Notes under the pieces: model-generated | The model's database searches: none | Told to the model about the DNA's origin: nothing | What the model saw: only the letters and a program-made list of their open reading frames with translations | Shown here: piece by piece, positions 62,787 through 64,000 of the stretch | How positions within the stretch are numbered: the stretch's first letter is position 1 | Layout of the letters: every line of letters begins with the position of its first letter | Position numbers and translations under genes: made by a program | Source of the DNA: Lepidodermella squamata | Lineage: Eukaryota; Animalia; Gastrotricha | Reading direction: 5' to 3' | Assembly: GCA_047495785.1 (NCBI GenBank) | Contig: JBLDXI010000054.1 | Location: 1,426,001 to 1,490,000 of the forward strand | Length of the DNA: 64,000 bases

Positions 62787-64000
62787 GGGGGATGTGATCG
62801 AAGCAAAAAAATTTATTATCCGTCTGAATTTATTATAATTTACCCAAAATTATTAAATATTCGCTGTTTTCGGCCAAAATTAATTTGAAAATTTACTTTG
62901 GGGCAAATTTTAAATAAAAACCGAGCGAAATCAAATTGATTCTCCTGCTTTTTACTTTTTGACCTCATTCTTGACATTATTCTAATAAATTTGGCTAAAA
63001 ATAGCTTGAAATCGACGAAAAATACCATAAATCAAATAAAATCTATGTCTTGCTCGAGGCAGGACTTAGATTTTATTAAAATATGGCTGTTTATCGCAAA
63101 ATTAATCAAGTTTTTATCTGAAATCTCTTGCGCAACAATGAAAATGCTGATTCATCGCGTATTCAGGGATACGTTTTCAGCAGCACTTACGAGGACAGCA
63201 ATAGTGCCATAATTTTGTCATTGTAAGGTACTAGGAAAAGTAACCGAAATCTTCGGTTTTGCTGAGCGATGCTCGTACATGGATGCGAATTTTGTTGCTT
63301 CACAAATGGCGCAAATTTCGGCCGTAGGTATTTTAGTATTTCCGGACCCCGAAACCCTCTTGCCTAAAACCCTAACCCCTACCCTAACCTAAAACTGACC
63401 ATAAAATCAGGGCCGTATCAGCGAGCAGCAAAAATTGCGTGCATATCAGATTTATCGGCAGTCATTCTACATTGAATATCAGAAATTATTCATGAATTTC
63501 CAAATCGATAATCCAAATACATAGCTAGATGTTTAGGTTGATTGCCCCGCTGCCAATTTTCAAATCAGGCAAATTGCTGGAAAATTATAATCTTGGTGTC
63601 AGCCATGTGCTTGCATTATTCTCCCTTCTTTCAACCCACACGAATCAAAATTTCGAAACATATCGCAGCTGAAGCTTTTATGAATAATCCGGGCTGTAAT
63701 ATTGGTTTGATTTATACTATCAGCAATATAAAGAGAGCCTGTATTAAACTGAGAGAACAGCGCAACACTTTCGGGTCTGACTAGTCCCGTTAGAAATATT
63801 CTCATTCCAAGAAAATCCGATTCAGGCCTTGATTCAGGCTGCATTGGCCAAATTTCACGAAATAATAGTTCAAATTGAATGTTCGCTTTTGCCCATGTTG
63901 TAAGCAGATTCAGACAAATCAGAGTGCGATAAAAGCCACAAAAAGCTTAAAAATCCGAATTACTGCGCATGTGCTGAAGAGACAGTGTTATGCAACAATT
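62787..64000. mobile_element. Probable left end of a second Harbinger-like element (right end not seen)
   Basis: TTA|GGGGGATGTGATCGAAG resembles the terminus of the 32506-33764 element. The extent is uncertain. Confidence 0.35.

Noticed and set aside
63345-63395. Telomere-like ccctaa repeats (also ~40485-40527)
   Set aside because: Only 2-4 degenerate units, typical of TE-internal microsatellites rather than a telomere or fusion site.

Overview
Eukaryotic, invertebrate-animal genomic DNA with AT-rich short introns (about 45-70 nt); there are no prokaryotic features. From left to right: (1) a minus-strand GATA1/2/3-class zinc-finger gene that runs off the left edge, with about 2.3 kb of CG-rich upstream DNA; (2) a tandem array of 14 sigma-class-like glutathione S-transferase (GST) genes, all on the minus strand (6.4-59.6 kb), all apparently intact and falling into about 5 subtypes, plus one orphan GST promoter whose CDS is gone; (3) a tRNA-Lys(UUU); (4) a ~15-kb island inside the array (16-31 kb) whose genes are all on the plus strand: two tandem copies of a secreted 22-Cys protein built from 2x3 repeats, a divergent Cys-loop channel with an inverted pseudogene fragment, and an intronless GABA-B-like class C GPCR; (5) a 4-exon micro-exon gene for a small secreted peptide precursor (44110-44643), of which the ORF track shows only the last exon; (6) an intronless TPR protein with a degenerate SET domain; (7) many transposable elements (TEs), several with clear TIRs and TSDs. 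Exon structures and family assignments come from manual reading and motif recognition; no database searches were run.
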